Origin: Oculina patagonica
Lineage: Eukaryota
Reading direction: 5' to 3'
DNA length: 64,000 nucleotides
Assembly: GCF_052425735.1 (NCBI RefSeq)
Contig: NC_135760.1
Coordinates: forward strand, 10,602,001-10,666,000
Shown here: positions 60,556-64,000 of the stretch, piece after piece
How positions within the stretch are numbered: position 1 is the first letter of the stretch
Layout: each line of letters opens with the position of its first letter
Notes under the pieces: generated by a model
Databases searched by the model: none
Seen by the model: the letters and a program-made list of their open reading frames with translations, nothing else
Told to the model about the DNA's origin: nothing
Position numbers and translations under genes: made by a program

Positions 60556-63500
60556 CTGAAATGAGAAGAAAATATTTCAAGCACATCACAATATATAGAG
60601 CCACTTTTTAATTAGTGAGAAATACTTTTAATACTGAGGCCATTTCTGGGTTGCCTTTTGCCTTTGTTTAAGAAAGCAAGTCCTTGTGCGAACTTTTTCA
60701 CATAAAAATGAGTTTCACTGGCAGGAAAATGAGATTGCTTAAAAAACACATTTTCGTATAAATGGTTTCGCACAAAGACTTGTTTTGACGAGGACTGCAA
60801 ACGACAACTTGAAAATGGTCCATGCACTCAAGTTTAACAAAGAAAACCCTCAAAAGTATTGCATTCTAAGGTAGAAAAGCACCAAGGAAATTATAGAAAA
60901 TGAACGAAAAACGGTATGCAATGGTTTAAACCGACAATTTGAAAAATTTAGGCTCAAAGTTTCTTATATGACGCGTCATCCATGATGAGCTTTCGTCTTT
61001 CCGACATCGGCACGTATAGCGTACAGAGAGTGTTGATCGCCCACGTTCAACATGTAATAACACGGACCCTTTTTGTCATCTTTATTGTCCTTAAAATAAG
61101 GAGTACGTGTTGCTAAGGTACATTTAGGTGGATTGTTAAATATTTCAATTGAATAAATTTGTTTAGTTGAGCACAAAATTTTTAAACCCTTTGAGAAAAC
61201 TATGTGGTAAAAATTTCGCATTTGATATATTTTTGTTAAAATGCAAACCCTAAATTTGTACCAGTTTTTTATAAAAACTTTGTCGAAGGGGTCCAGAAAA
61301 AAAACTTTCTTTTTTTGATGAATGAACGTGTGGTGGCTTTAAATCACCAGATATTTTTTAACAAAAATTTGAAAGAAACCTAAATGGTTTTCAAAAAAGT
61401 AACGTTAATTGAAACAATTTACACATTTTTGTAAAGTTTGGTAGCTAACGATAGATCAAAGCTACAAATAGCTTTGCACGTCAATTAACCGACAAACCAA
61501 ACAGTTATTAAAAACAAATCAGGATTTATTTAAAGCAATATAAAGATCTTTTTTATTTATTGTTTTACGCAGGTTTTGAAATAGAGGAATTCAATTCCCA
61601 AGTGTTGTTTGCACTTAGCAAATTAACAGGCAACCTGCAGAAATGTTTTTATGAAAAGTGTGTGCGATCTCTTAGTGATGCGATCACCAATGAGATCGCA
61701 CAAATAGGATAATTTAAAGGACAGCAAACCTTCAATACCCACACCAAACACAAGTACTAACCAACCATGATTTGCACAATATCTGAGTAATACTTAAAAG
61801 TGTTCAATAATTAACGAAACCACAAGAAAAAACCCCAAACACGTCTGGCTCAGATAGGTTATGAGTTATTTTCGCATTAATTATTTAATTTTTCTTCCGT
61901 TGCCAACGAAAGGCTCTTAAATTTTTCATAAGGTTTGAACTTCTAAAATCTTCTTCCCTTGGAAGCAAAAATGTAAAATTTTTCGATTTCTTGTTGCTTC
62001 CACTAATAAAATGTTGTATTGTATCACAGTTGCATAGAAGCTTGGTTTAGATTTGATTTTTTGTGCACTAATGCAATGAATAAGACATTCCTGCAATCCT
62101 TAACCCTGTACAATAACAAAACCTTAATAATTTCCACTGGAACAATTTTAGCAAGAAGTGTGCCATTAACAAAAATAGTTATTACATTTTCTAAAGCATG
62201 AAATTTCTAAGTCATTAATACACTGATGTATCTAGCGGTATTGAAATTAGTAAACCATTTTGAGTAATCTTAGATTAGATCAATTAGAGGAGAGTCGAAG
62301 GGCGGTAATTTTTTCAAATAAGTGGAAGAAATATATATTTATATAGAGAGATCAATTATTTCGATTTTCATGAAATGAAGAGGAAATTTTTTTCTTAGGC
62401 ACTTGAGATCTGGACTTTCGTATCATGATACTTATAAGCTTTAGAGAGACTTAACATTATCGTTTATTAAACTACGTCTATTTTTTCTCTAAGGAAAAGA
62501 ATAAGAGAAATTTGATGTTTAAAACCCATTTTAAATATAAATTACCTTCTGGACGAACTTGCTTTCGCAAGGTCGAAACCCGGACCTAAAAACAAAGAAC
62601 GATCTTAGTAAAAAGATTTTCTTCTCTACGGCAGTAAGAAAAAGATAAACCACACTTGAGAAACGGAAAAAGCACGAACGTTTAACACTTACCGTGAAAA
62701 ATGTTAACAGGATAAATACCCCCAAGTAAATATAATTCATATTAATTTTGTGTTATGTGCGGCAACGAATGTACCTTGTCCTGAAATTGAGTGTAAAGAG
62801 AAGAGCAAATACCTGCGAACTACTCAACCTTTCACAACTTTGAGCTGTAATCAGTAAATAATTTCATATTCGATGAAATCAGCAAAATTTGTCGTTTCTC
62901 ATTGGCTAAATGAAGAAAAACACTCGTTTATTTTTAATGACCCATTGTCAAATACTTAGCCAATTAGGTTTCTACATTAGGCTAATTAATTGGTTCGGTC
63001 AATTAGTGTATCGCTTAACATTGTAACAAACAGAATTACGGGAAATTAAAGCAAGAAAATTACTTAATGTGGTAATAACAGTTTTAAGGTGTTTTTGTAG
63101 CAATGTTCCGTATAGCTTACTGTGAATAGTAAATGGTTTCCCACTTTCATTTCGATTGTAACGATATCCAAGATAAGACCACCTTTTAAGGACTTAAAAG
63201 TCCTTCTTATTATCACAAGAGGTGCAAAACGTGTAATTACTCAAACTTAAATTGAGGGGAAAATAAAAAAACATTCAATATTTAAATATGCACTTTCAAC
63301 AGCCCTGCAGGATGGCTAAATATTACTGTCAGAACATAGAAATATTTTTCACAAATACGGAGTTAAGTCTTTTAAGACAAACAACATAACTTCTTTTGCG
63401 TGTAATAACCATATGCGGTTGTTAAATTACGATTTCGCGAAAAAATTATTTTCAGATCAATTATCAGGCCGGTTAGATATAGGTGTTATTGCACTAATGT

Positions 63501-64000
63501 ATTGATCAAATATTGTTAAAAAAATGTTAAAGAATAAGCCCAGTGTACCATATACGGATTAATCGAACAAGATAACGCTTTTATCTTTCACAACTTTGTC
63601 GCATACATCAATTTTCGGCAAACACGCAAGACAAATCTGTAAGTCTGGCCGGAACTGTTCGCCAGAAACAATTGGAACAAACTAATTGATTATTAATTTT
63701 TATTTTGTACAATGTTATAAAAACACGCATCGGCGAAATTACTAGAACAACAAGTTTCAATTACAGTACGTGTCGTTAAGCGCAGATATTATAGTCAAAA
63801 GAATACTAGGTGACCGCCATAAGAATTTTTTCTGCCCAATCAGGAGGTAGCGCTCAGAGAGCTGTTTGGTACTGACGTGGTAAGACTCTTTCCCTAGGGG
63901 CTTCTCTTGGGCAAACGTAACGCCTTTTGCGCAGGGCTCAACTGTGTCATCGTAGTATCGAAGCAGCTCTTAAAGCCACCCCAACCCTCCCCCCCTCCCC

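Noticed and set aside
60976-61221. 81-aa minus-strand ORF as a polycystin upstream exon
   Set aside because: No convincing splice sites, phase match or recognisable domain.

Overview
AT-rich, repeat-dense eukaryotic genomic DNA with spliced genes. Gene and repeat content suggest an anthozoan such as a stony coral (inference). Four protein-coding genes: (1) an intronless rhodopsin-class GPCR (4466-5419, +); (2) a six-exon, 302-aa PDGF/VEGF-like gene (8955-20608, -), mostly missed by the ORF track, encoding signal peptide, cystine knot, CX10CXCXC repeats, a transmembrane helix and a cytoplasmic tail, i.e. a membrane-tethered growth factor; (3) an intronless XK-related scramblase-family gene (23139-24314, +); (4) a large polycystin-1-like gene (22 phase-consistent exons traced, about 3,430 codons, 29463-60555, -; 5' end unresolved). 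In the polycystin the GPS autoproteolysis tripeptide (HL/T) is replaced by a 49-residue acidic/Thr-rich insert ending in a furin-type site RKRFRR/S. Introns and intergenic DNA hold MITEs, tRNA-derived SINEs (some nested), a LINE remnant and Penelope-like remnants with minimal hammerhead ribozyme motifs. Several GC-rich or homopolymer patches look like long-read consensus artefacts. All exon models were built by hand from GT/AG boundaries and phase arithmetic, not from expression data.
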